DNA of 64,000 nt from Podarcis cretensis (lineage: Eukaryota). Of this stretch, positions 12,571 through 23,617 are shown piece after piece. Within the stretch, counting starts at the first letter, position 1, and every line of letters starts with the position of its first letter. The stretch is from contig OX638151.1 in NCBI GenBank assembly GCA_951804945.1, forward strand, positions 92,070,001-92,134,000, written 5' to 3'. Below the pieces are notes generated by a model that ran no database searches, was not told the origin of the DNA, and saw only the letters and a list, made by a program, of their open reading frames with translations. A program made the position numbers and the translations under genes.

Positions 12571-15419
12571 AGTATGCTGGTGTCACTCAGCCATAACATC
12601 TGAATTAGGAGCAGTTGTGCATGCCTTGGAACAGTGCCTGGACCCAGTTTTAGCTTATTGATGTTTTTACTTGTTTTGAATGTTATAAATACTTGTTTTT
12701 AGTGATTTTTTTTTACTGTTATTGTTACTGGTTTATTCTTTTTGTAAACCGCTCTGAGGTTTTATTATAATCAGTGGTATATAAATGTTGTGAAATAAAC
12801 AAACGAATATACATGACGTGCAAAGCAGACCACTAAGTAATAGTAAAGTAATAAAGGTCAAGTGGTAGTCCCAAGCTCATTGGAGGAAGGGAATAGCAAA
12901 TTGGAATTGCGACTAGTGACTCTACTTTGAAATCATTACCAAGAACAGTGGTCCATAAGCATATATTTTTACAATTAACAGTAGTCAGTCCACTTTTAAC
13001 GAGTATTGCTTTTGGGTAGCTGAGAAGAAGATTGTCTGCTTGTAGTTCTTATATCTTATCTATCAGTATTTACATAGAGAAAAGAGGATTTTGTTTTGTA
13101 TTCAGAAATCCTACCCAAGAACAAATCTTACAGTGTTTCCAATCAAAGCTCCATTTTCAGTTACTTACAGTAGCTGGCATATTGTATTTCATGGTGTTTC
13201 TCTTTCATTCTCTCACTTTCATTCAGTTTTATTGTAGACCTTTGTGCTTTAAAGAAAGTACGCATTGAATGAACGTGGGCAAAGGAAAAATTCAGCAGAT
13301 GAACTTGCTTTACTTGGGTTACACCATGCCCATTTCCTCACAAAGAGCCAACCAGCTAAGATGATCCTGAAAAACAAAAGCCCTTGTTTAGTTTGTATTT
13401 TGCTGAACATTTTAATGAGCTACTTCATGCTAGGGTGGGGTTGTGGGGACGCAGCATTCAATCTCTGCCACGTAATTACAATCCTTGAAATGTCTGCAAA
13501 ATATTTCAGCCATAAACCTGCCACACTCTTTATTTATTCTTTTATTTATTAAAGCACATGGAATTTATGTCAGTTTCTATCACTGAATGGCTCATTAAAT
13601 CCCCTCCCCCATTTAGACCATTACTAGATGCGGAAAGGTTCGTTTCAGTATATTTCCAGTGTTCAGATATATGTCAAGAGGTTCCTTCTAATTGCGCTTA
13701 ATAGGAGCTCTGGGCCCGGATGAATATTCCAGTTGATGAGCTTGAACTAATATTTAAATTGGTTTAGGTCGGTGTCGTAGATGGTGGCCTCTTACCTTGT
13801 TGATTGAATCAGTGCAATGTGTTAAGTCTTCCCTGAAGTATGTGGTTTCTTCACAGGCGCCTTCAAAAGTAAAATGATATTTTGTTGCTGCATCAACTTC
13901 AATATTTGCATCTGTTTTGCAGCTTAAATATAAAATTAAAAAAGAATAATAATTTATTATCACTACATTAAACAAAAAACTCAACATACATTTGGGGTGG
14001 CTACCTGCATACAGACCTTATCCTTTGTCCAGAGCCCTCTGTATATTCTAATGCTCACATGGAGCTCCTTTACAGATGGTCTTCCCCATTCATTTAAATG
14101 GAAGGAGTAGCTGCGTGTTCAGGTGCTGCCTTGGACATGTACTGTACAGTGCCTGTTCAACAAATCCATGCTCAGCTGACTATAAATACATTCTGGGTTG
14201 GGAGTGACAGACTTCCTTCAAAGGAGGGTCTTAAGGTTCATTGTCATTCCAGTACTGAACCATTTTGCTGCTTGAAGCAGAGCCCAGATAGTGTCTCCTG
14301 CCCCCCATCCAGGGCCATTGCTTTGAAAACACTTGCTGCACTTTATTTGGGAATATCCTTTGTGGCACACAATAAGATTTAGTTTGGAGTAGTGAATATG
14401 TATGGCAATGGACTGTCAGAAACTTCATTCCTATCTTCGACTATCCCTTCTTATAGTGCTGCCTTCCCAAGGGAGTGGATCCTTTTCTGCTGTAGTTTTT
14501 GTATATGGTTTGTTGTGACTGCATCTTGTGGTATGAAACATTGTCTTTGTAGTGGGACATGATGGTTGTTAACAACGTGGGCATTTTTATATGTAGATAT
14601 GCTGATATACATATGGCAAATAAATTAACAGTCCACCAGCTTTTAGAAATGAGCTGCTCTCCTTGCTCTGTATTATTTTTACTCTCTTCAGTGCTTTAGC
14701 TATTTATTTTATTAAAAATATAATATGCCTTCCATCTAAAGAGATCCAGAAACAAATAAGTAAAACCACTCATGCTATTACCTCAATAGAGTGCGGTTTT
14801 TAGGAGTACTGGGTGAAATTTTTGAAAAGTTGCAGCACTTCTTTGCATGTTAGGATTTGCAGTTGTCTGAGAGCCAGGAAGTGTAAAAAAATATCAAGCA
14901 AATCCCTTTTCATTGGATTAACTGGATTGTGAATGAAGAATGCATTCTGTAGTCATTCAGAGAGACCAATTTGCCGGCTAAATCCCTAATTATAGAATAT
15001 AATGTACATGTGTTACAAATATAGAGTGAAGGATGCAATCCTATGGAGATTTTTCATGGGGCTTGCTCAGAAGTAAGATCTGGCTGTTAATTAAAATTGA
15101 TTTATGGTGATAGTAGAAAGTAATTCAATTTGATTGAATTCTTATTATATAGCTGGTTAGTTTAGTTTATAATGCTACATACCATTAAAAGTGACCATCC
15201 ACTATATTCAGATTCCTGTTAATCTGCATAATTTGTAAGTACTGGATTATTATTTTTGTTATGAAGCAGAAAAAGTGCAGTTTGTCAGTGTTTTAGAAGG
15301 GTCCTGGGTAGTCTGGTCCATATTTGTATGGTGTCAGGTTACCCGGTTAAGCAATATGTACTAAATTTTTGACATTTTGAACTAATTAGCACCGGTTTTT
15401 CCATTCTGCTTGTGAGCCA

Positions 15420-16000
15420 CCACCCACCCACCCACCCTCTTTTCCTCCAGAATTACAGAGCACAGACTCCGATATGCAGGAGTGCTGCAGACAGGAACTT
15501 GCTCCTTTGTGCACCTCCCCCTGAAAAGGCTCAGCCTCGTTCAGAGACAAGACAAACAGTAAAAGTGAAAGATGGCTAAGTAAAGTCATGTGGGGCAGGA
15601 AGCGTAAGGGGGAAGAGCTAAGAGGTCAGGCACCTCCTAATGCTTCGGTTGGAATAATACTCAGGGAACGAATGCGATAGGAGCAGATGTTGCCTAAAGA
15701 ATAGCAAAGGGCGTTTCTTTTAAGCTCACTATTGGGAGGGATGCCTGTCAGACCATAAGAAACCAGGGAGAGCCGGAAAGCTTATCAGCTGCGCTGCGCA
15801 GGACATGTGAGCGTTTATTGTTGTGAGCTCTTTTTAATGCCTTCTTCGCTACAGCTGCGCTTCAAGACGGAGATGAAAACAGTGACCACGCTCTTTTAGC
15901 CACCGTTTATGAAAAAAAAAAGAAGGTCCTGCTGAATTTAAACAGAATGTGAATCTGTTGTGCCTTTGTGCCGGAGTGGAGGAAGAAACGCTCTAGTTTC
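15420..16000 (+). promoter_or_regulatory. Putative internal DST promoter for the KIAA0754-like exon
   Basis: Local rise in GC and CpG with no recognisable repeat; CAGCTGCGCT twice (15786, 15852), CCGGAA ETS-like site (15773), TGCGCTGCGCA NRF1-like site; about 1-1.5 kb upstream of ATG 17015. Confidence 0.4.
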
Positions 16001-16267
16001 CTGCTGTGTTGCCTTAAAACAGGACAACAACTTTCAAGGAATGTGTTCTGCGAGTGAAACTGGGGAAAAAGTTTCTTTTTCTACTAATTCTGTTCCGTTG
16101 CTTTTTTGTATTATTATTTCATTGGTCTGGCTCCTCAGAAAACTGTTGTGTTTCCCATGGAACTTCTGAACGCGCCACAGAGAAGCTTTAAGGAAGCAAG
16201 GAATAAACTGCCTTTTGAATCGAGGTTATTTATAGCTGCTGCCAAAAAAGGGGGAGAAAGCTTCTTC

Positions 16268-16317
<50 letters not shown>
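16268..16317. repeat. (TAT)n microsatellite
   Basis: Direct reading. Confidence 0.95.
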
Positions 16318-16318
<1 letters not shown>

Positions 16319-17014
16319 AACTCTGGATATACCTTTGTTTTTCCTGAAGCCTTTCTCTGTGCCTTGGTCTCCACAGTCCACAGCTCTTCTGGTTTGTTTT
16401 TCTTCAAAAGCGTCCACAACATGGCTTATTTATAAAGGAGATGGAATTCTGCAAGCCATTTAAATGGATTACAGTTAATCTGTCACCTCCTGAATATAGC
16501 GTGCTGCCTGCTATAATGCTGATTCATTTTGAAGACTTAATCTGGAGATTTAAGACACACATTTTGACCTAAAAATTGAAATGGAATGCTATGTGGGAAG
16601 TTCTGAGTCTTTTGAGCCACTTAAAGATTTTCCTGGGGTTTGGGGGTTTGTACATTTTGTTGGTGTCTTTGTGCATTGAGTTAGTATTTTAAAATATTAA
16701 AAGGTGTGGGGTTTTTTTGTTTCCCCTCTCCCCACCCCCTTAAGCTCAAGCACTTTATATTTTAGGGGCAGGGGGAGAAATGTTTTAAATCACAGCCAGG
16801 TAAACCTACACAGATGCACTGATTACGACCTTAACCGCCTCATAAATTATTTCCTGTGTTTTAGTATGTAAGCATCTTTCTGCTGAGGGCAAGTTTACTG
16901 TACTTTTTAAAAACTGCTTTTCTATTACTTTATTTTAATTTTTACTTTATGTGTGTTACGTGTCTCCAATAAGATAGCCTAGCAGCAGTGCTAGACCTGT
17001 TAATTCCTGCAGAA

Positions 17015-18301
17015 ATGGGGAAGCCACTGAGCAGGCCAGACTGTTTACGCCAGAATCCTCCTTGTGTAGGAAAAGGTGATGAAGAAGAAGAGGATATAAA
17101 TATTGAGGACTGTTATGTTCCCCAGAGGTCAATCTATGACACAGTGCGGCTGAATGAACAGATTGACTCAGGTTCTAAAGGCAGCCTCTCCTCCAGGCAT
17201 TTCTCAGATCGGACTTTGCCGTATAGTCATAGAACACTGGACCTTAGTACATTGTGCTCCAATGGTGCCCTCTCCTCTTCTAGTGTCTTTGAACTCAGAG
17301 GACGGGAAGCCAATAAGCTAGATGAAAAAATGATCTTTGATGCCCTTAAGCTGAACAGTGACATCATTCGAACAGCTGGCTTGCCCAAAGCAAAGTATCA
17401 CACAGAAAAGAAAGAACATAGGAGATCCTGGAGGATGCTTGTTCCACCAAATTTTGCAGACTATGCAAATAAAAGTGAGTGTTCACTTGCTGGGACTGTT
17501 GATGTGTCCGACTTAGCAGCAACAGGCCAGGTCAAATGTGGGACTAGTTCTCTAACTTCCGAAGAAGACGACTCTGGTCTGTGCAGTCCTCCAGCAGAAA
17601 GAGAAGAAAAACAAGATGTGCTAGAAGGGGAACAAACTCAATTTAGGAGCATATCTTCCATAGACGATAATCAGTTTGTAGGTAAATTTGGATCATTTTC
17701 TCCTACCATTTCTAGTAGTGAACATCAAATTTCATTGCTTACCTCCAGAAGTGCCCCTACCAGTGGACACTGTCGAGTAAAATTGCAGAATGCTTCACAT
17801 ATAGAGCAAGAACCTTTCTGGAACTATGAGGGCAACCAAGGGGAAGGAGATGGACATTGCAGTCCACTGACATATTTGAAAGAAGACCTCTTAGCACATC
17901 CCCAATGGCTCCTGGATGGTGAGAGGGAACATGATATCACTTTAGACAAAGAGGAAGTGAGGAACAGCGCTGAAGTTAATGAGCCATTAGACACCCAAGA
18001 CAGGATGATTGAAAAGGACCTCCTGGATATTGCAACTCAGGATATAGATATTTATGATGATGATGCAGCTTTACATGCTAATGATACGGACTTAGTAAAA
18101 TATGTGATTTTGCATGAAACTGAGGAAAGTAATATGGCCCATATAAGTGCAATAGAAATGTCCTGTCAGGCTTTAGAGGCTAATAATACCACATGCTGTC
18201 AAAAAGCAAATCCAATCAGCGCTGAATTCAGCTTTTGGACTACAGGCATGCAAATAGAACAAACCTTGGATACAGTGTGCAATGGCATGTTGTCTTATAA
18301 G
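17015..18301 (+). CDS. KIAA0754-like alternative first coding exon of DST (429 codons, MGKPLSRPDC...MLSYK)
   Basis: Long stop-free ORF in AT-rich intron; Kozak gcagaaATGG; in-frame TAA at 16970; donor AAG|gtaatt in phase 0, matching the next DST exon. N-terminal blocks resemble human KIAA0754/MACF1 internal exon as recalled. Confidence 0.82.
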
Positions 18302-19662
18302 GTAATTCCAAACTTAAATGCATTCTTTTCATGCTGCAGGGTGGGTTATTTTTTAATTTTTTTTTTCTTCTGTAATTGCATCACGAATGCTTATGTTTAG
18401 ATTTTGCTAATCTACCCAAAGAATTCCTTTAGAATCATTTGCCCAACAAGTTATTAGAAGGCAGAAATTGGCGAGATGGTCACTTCAGTAAATTGATTAA
18501 GGGCAGTTTGTGACAGGGTTGATTGCTTCCAGCTGTTTGGTTGCATGGCTATTTATTGTCCAGATGGTGCTTGTTACCCTTTATTTGGAATGCGTCCACT
18601 AGGCATTGATGTTCAGCACCCCCTCCTCCCCTCCCCTCAAATTATGTTTCAAGCAGCCAATGCCATTCAAGGGCAGATAGGCCTTCCCTATTCAGATTTA
18701 ACCAGATTTCAGCTGCAGCCATATACTGTATACACTTTCATGGGAGTAAGGCCCATTAAACCCGATGGGCATGCTTCTTCTGAGTTGACACGTATAGGAT
18801 TGCACCGTTCATCATAAAGGTATACACAACGATGCTCAGATTGCTGCGGTTTCCAAAGTACACAGATTAAAGGCTTGTTGCACGTACTGAAATTATTTCC
18901 TTGCATCTTCATGCCAAAAAGTAGTCCTAAAGTTGTAGGGGATTTTTTTACAAGGGATCTTGTAACATTTACTGAGCGGTGAATGAAGTAAGGAAGTAGA
19001 AAACAGCTTTGTAATAAGCATGGGGAGCTTGTGAAGTCTTTAATTTAATTTTGTTCTTTTTGTTTTTGGTCACTCTGATCTGGTTGTGTCTTGAGTTATT
19101 TTAGGACTTGTTGCTAAGCTGTTCTGGCAAACTCTAGCCTCAAGTCCTACTTTTGTGAGTAGGTATGTGTATCTAAACAACAAATCAAGGGGAACAACTC
19201 AGTTTGGATTGCTATGGAATTGTCTTAAAAATATATGAACATCTGAAATAGAAGAGAGTTGGACTGAAGTACTGAATTACTAGTTCCATGGGCCTAAACT
19301 GGAGCAGGACTTGTGTTTCTCACACAGCAACCTCAAAAACTTCTTTTGAAAGAGAGGGGAATTTCAAAAGTAGTTTATGGAACCTGGGGTGTGTACATGT
19401 GCCTGCCTGTTTGATTGCCAAAGATACTACTGAGCTAACACTTGGGTATGTGTAAATTAGCTTTTGCATCCCAGCCCTTGTTTATTTCTCTTAAGTAAAG
19501 AGAACTTGCCCATATTATATATTATTTTGTGGGAAAGGTAAGACCTGTTTGCTACTTGGTTCCTCAGAACTCTGCTTTATAATGCCCCCCCCCCCCTTAA
19601 CAAATCCCACAATGTCCTGCAAATAGGTAGTGCTATTAAGTGCATCAAAAACAGCATTATAC

Positions 19663-19688
19663 GTGTGTGTGTGTGTGTGTGTGTGTGT
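19663..19688. repeat. (GT)n microsatellite
   Basis: Direct reading. Confidence 0.95.
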
Positions 19689-21164
19689 TCCTGGTTGCTA
19701 CTATGTAACACACCACTGTGTCTGAGGATTATTGCATGTAGTCTCAAACGTGTGTGAGCTGTCCATGTTCGGACTTAAGTTCCTTGCTGCCTCTGCGAAA
19801 CCCCCTTCTCCCAGTTATTTGTGTGGATTCAAGGCCTTGAGGAGAGATGGGTCACACACTGTCCTGTGTGTCAAATGTGCTTGCTGTGTGTTGAAGTGCT
19901 GGCTGCTGTTATGACGTAAACTTAGGTGTGAAAATGTGCTGTTTGCAGACTATCCTAGAAAATCTGGGTTTCTTACACTATGTACATAGCAAGTTTCTGC
20001 TTTCCTACTAGTGTTGTGCTTGACCATTTTGGTGTACAATTTATGTATCCCAACTTGGGGAGGCTTCTTATCATTTTTGTTTTCAATTATATGAACATAA
20101 AAATTACTTAGGGCTGATATTGAGGTACATCAACTATAAACATGCTTTATTTTCAGACTGTTCTAGGAATTTGGGTGTCCTGGGCTACTTGAGTGTCTAG
20201 CTTCATAGGTTCTGAGAAATAACTTTAGCCATACTGAGGTACACTTGTAGTAGCCCCATAACATTGCTTGTATTCAGGGAATGATATTACTAGTGGCAGC
20301 TGAAATATATATTCAGGATGTGGGCCATATTTGCTAGTAAAGCTATAATAATAAAGCTCAGTACAGTATTGCAGTACAATGGCTTCACAATATTTTGCTG
20401 ACTATAGTGAAATTGCTGCCAAGGGACAGTGTCTTAGTAGTAGTAGAAGAAGAAGAAAAAGAAGATTTTGGGGGAGGGGAGGGAGTATTTCAAAGGTAAG
20501 AAGCTTTAAGACCACAGTTTGTATAGCCTGGGTTCATAACCCACCAACAGCATTTGATGCCTGTGGAATATTTTCTGTCACTAGCCTTTGCAAGTCCTCA
20601 AATGAACATCACTTAGGTTGGTGGGTTGAGTTAACCTGCATTATGATATCATTGTGTGAAGCATGCTTGAATTTCTTGCCAATGAAGACCACCTGGGAAA
20701 TAAAGGGACATGGTCCCCACTGTTTTTCAGTATCTTCTAAAACAATATAACCATTACTAGTCTTATCTAGAAGGTGAATGCTGGTGTAGTTCCTTAGTCA
20801 CATGATCAGCTCATTCTCCCAGGCCATTCCTGAGGTCCAGGCTCACCATACTATAGTGACCCCCAAATCGCTGGATAGCGCTTGCATTTCTCCACTGTGC
20901 AGTTAGGACTGGGGCAGGTCCCTTCCTGCATGTGCCCAGCATCTCACTGCTCACTTGGTCTGTAGGAGCCACGTTGTCCAACACCAGCTCCTCCTATTAG
21001 AACTAAGAGCACTGCATCATCCTTAAATGGCTATCCAAATCATTATGCACCACAGAAACATATGCTGAGCATATTCAGACGATTGACTAATTTCCTCACC
21101 AAACTTTAAGCATTTCCCTTGTTCACCGTTACTACTCATACTTTCAAACTCTACTATATAGACT

Positions 21165-21860
21165 CTGGGCACTGTGTATTTGGTCTTTCAGAAAGGGTTT
21201 GACAAAGTACTTCACAACAGACTCCTTAGTAAGCTTAATCGTGGAATAAAAGGAGAGGTCCTCCTACTGTTCTGCAATTAATTAAGGAACAGGAAGCAGA
21301 CAGTAGGAATAAATGGGCAGTTCTCCCAATTAAGGGATCAGCATTGGGACATGGACTTTTAAACTTGATTATAAATTATAAAAGTGAGCAGTATCGTAGC
21401 TGAGGTTGCTGATGGTACCAAGTTGTTCAGGGTGGTTAGAACAAAAAGATTGCAAGGAAATCCAAAGTGATCTATCCAAATTGGCTGAATCATGCTAGTA
21501 CCCAGGACCATTGTATGAAGCTAAATGTTGGAAGATTCAGGACAGTACTGAAGAAAGAACTTCTTCATGCAGTGAATAGTTTTAACTGTGGCAAAGAAGT
21601 AGTGGTGACCATTACTGTGATTGTCTTCAAAAAAGAATTAGACAAATTCACTGAAGATAGAGCTGTCAATGGCTGCTAGCTATGATGGCTATGCTCTCTG
21701 TTGGAAGAAGTATGCTTCTGTACGCCAGAGTCACAAGTCCTTTTTGCACTCAAGTCCTGCTTTCAAGCTTCCCACAGGCATCTGGTTGGCCACTGTGAGA
21801 ACAAGATGTTGGTCTAGATGGGCATTTGGCATGATCCATCAGGGCTCTTATGTTTTTATG
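21165..21860 (+). mobile_element. Degenerate CR1 LINE (RT fragments plus 3' UTR)
   Basis: Translates FQKGFDKVLHNRLLSKL and VAEVADGTKLFRVV (decayed FADDTKL motif); 3' end ggcatctggttggccactgtgagaac...tgatcc. Confidence 0.78.
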
Positions 21861-22366
21861 GGCTACTTGTGTCTGCTGGCCATACGCAAAGGATAACTGT
21901 TTGCACAGAGTCGCATAGCCCCAAGAAGAATGGGCTATTGTGAACAGATATCTGAACAATTACTACCCACAATATGTCATCCTCTTTAGTTTGACATAGG
22001 TGTCCACAACGTGTACCTTTTGCTTTAAATATTGTTTGAGCATCTATATTAGGAAGATTCAGTATGGGGCACTCTTCCTTTTAAATACAGTGCTTGTTTT
22101 TTTTTATGTAATAGCAGTTTCTTAACTCCTGTTTGGGTTAATGTGTATATAATTTACTCTGAGTTGTTTTGTGTTTACAACATTAAGAGCAATTTTACAT
22201 GTACACTCTGTAGCTAAATACTGTCTTTCAACACTATGTTCATGACATGCTGTGTGATTTTACTACTGATATCTGCTCTGGTCGTTACTTATGCTCAGCA
22301 TGTTTCAGACTTAATAATCTAAATGTGCCTTTGCCTTTCTTTCTTTCTTTTCCTTTTGATCTGAAG

Positions 22367-22528
22367 GTATTCGAGAAGGAAAAGATTGAGCCACTACAGG
22401 TTAAGCAACAGGAGGTAAATTGGTTGGGTCAAGGCCTTATTCAGAGTGCTGCTAAAAATGCTAGTACTGATAACCTTGAGCGTGATCTTGAGGATGTTAA
22501 CACAAGATGGAAAACTCTCAACAAAAAG
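22367..22528 (+). CDS. DST: DST exon ([11 protein letters not shown]...KTLNKK), phase 0-0
   Basis: Long pyrimidine tract, ctgaag|GTA ... AAAAAG|gtatgt. Confidence 0.93.
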
Positions 22529-22904
22529 GTATGTTAGTTGTATTTGCACTGTTGTTTACCTTTTTAGTTTGCTGTTGTTTTTGTTTTGCTCTTATTTCTG
22601 ATTTTCACTACAAAGTAGTACTATACATTATTGTAGTAGACTGCATAATAAAATGCACAAAATCCCCAGTCCAGAACTCCATGTGTGCTCTGGTGCTTAT
22701 GTAGAGCTCCTACAGAAGCAGACTACCCTTTGTCACATGGGTACCCTGTCATTTTAATGTCCATGGAAAGAAACCTGTAGAAAGTCAAAAGCCTAAAGGA
22801 AATAGAGGATTGCAAAACATAATTCATGGTGCTTTCTGTGTCATGCTGATTGAAGCAAAATGCCTACTCAACTGTCTTCAGCCCTGTTTAGGGAAGTTTT
22901 TAAT

Positions 22905-22998
22905 AACTGATGTTTTAATGTATTTTTAATCTTTCGTTGGAAGCTGCCCAGAGTGGCTGGGGAAACCCAACCAGATGGGCGGGGTATAAATAAAAAAT
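22905..22998 (+). mobile_element. L2/SINE 3' tail
   Basis: ggaagctgcccagagtggctggggaaacccaaccagatgggcggggtataaataa followed by a microsatellite. Confidence 0.55.
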
Positions 22999-23004
22999 TA
23001 TATT

Positions 23005-23091
23005 ATATCATATCATATCATATCATATCATATCATATCATATCATATCATACTATACTATACTATACTATACTATACTATACTATACTAT
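23005..23091. repeat. Compound (ATATC)n(ATACT)n microsatellite
   Basis: Direct reading. Confidence 0.95.
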
Positions 23092-23404
23092 TAATGTCCA
23101 AATAAAGATGCATGCATTCAAGAGGCACATGAAGTACTTAGGCTTCCCTGGGGATTATCCGTAGGCAGGTCTACCTCACACTTTGTTCACCTATGACCTA
23201 CTGCTACAAAATGTTGTATTGTTCATACCTGTATTAAGACAATTTTAATTATTTGCCGAAGTGCACAGAATGTCACTCAAGTCAGTGAAGAGCTTCATAG
23301 TTTAGGAGTTGCTAGCCTTAAATTGTTCTTATTTTCCCTAGGGGTTGTTTGATTGACTGGAGAGATGGAAAGAGGTATTGTGGGAAGAGGATAATATTTA
23401 CAAT

Positions 23405-23444
23405 GTTTTGTTTTGTTTTGTTTTGTTTTTTTGTTTTGTTTGTT
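23405..23444. repeat. (GTTTT)n tract serving as the acceptor pyrimidine tract
   Basis: Direct reading, immediately before exon 23447. Confidence 0.85.
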
Positions 23445-23446
23445 AG

Positions 23447-23617
23447 GTTGCTCAAAGAGCAGCCCAGTTGCAAGAGGCACTGCTCCACTGTGGGAGGTTT
23501 CAAGATGCTGTCGAATCTATCCTTAGTTGGCTTATTGACACAGAAGACCTTGTGGCTAATCAGAAGCCTCCATCTGCTGAGTTCAAAGTAGTGAAGGCCC
23601 AAATACAGGAACAGAAA
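23447..23617 (+). CDS. DST: DST exon (VAQRAAQLQ...QIQEQK), phase 0-0
   Basis: tgttag|GTT ... CAGAAA|gtgagt. Confidence 0.93.

Noticed and set aside
16106-16435. Poly-Tyr and antisense poly-Ile ORFs
   Set aside because: Translation of the (TAT)n microsatellite.
16988-17014. GTG start of the 470-aa ORF in the track
   Set aside because: The ATG at 17015 has strong Kozak context, exposes Gly2 and is where similarity to KIAA0754 starts.
16988-18400. The intronic ORF as a transposon gene or retrocopy
   Set aside because: No RT, endonuclease, integrase or transposase motifs, no TSD or polyA tail, and it ends at an in-phase splice donor.
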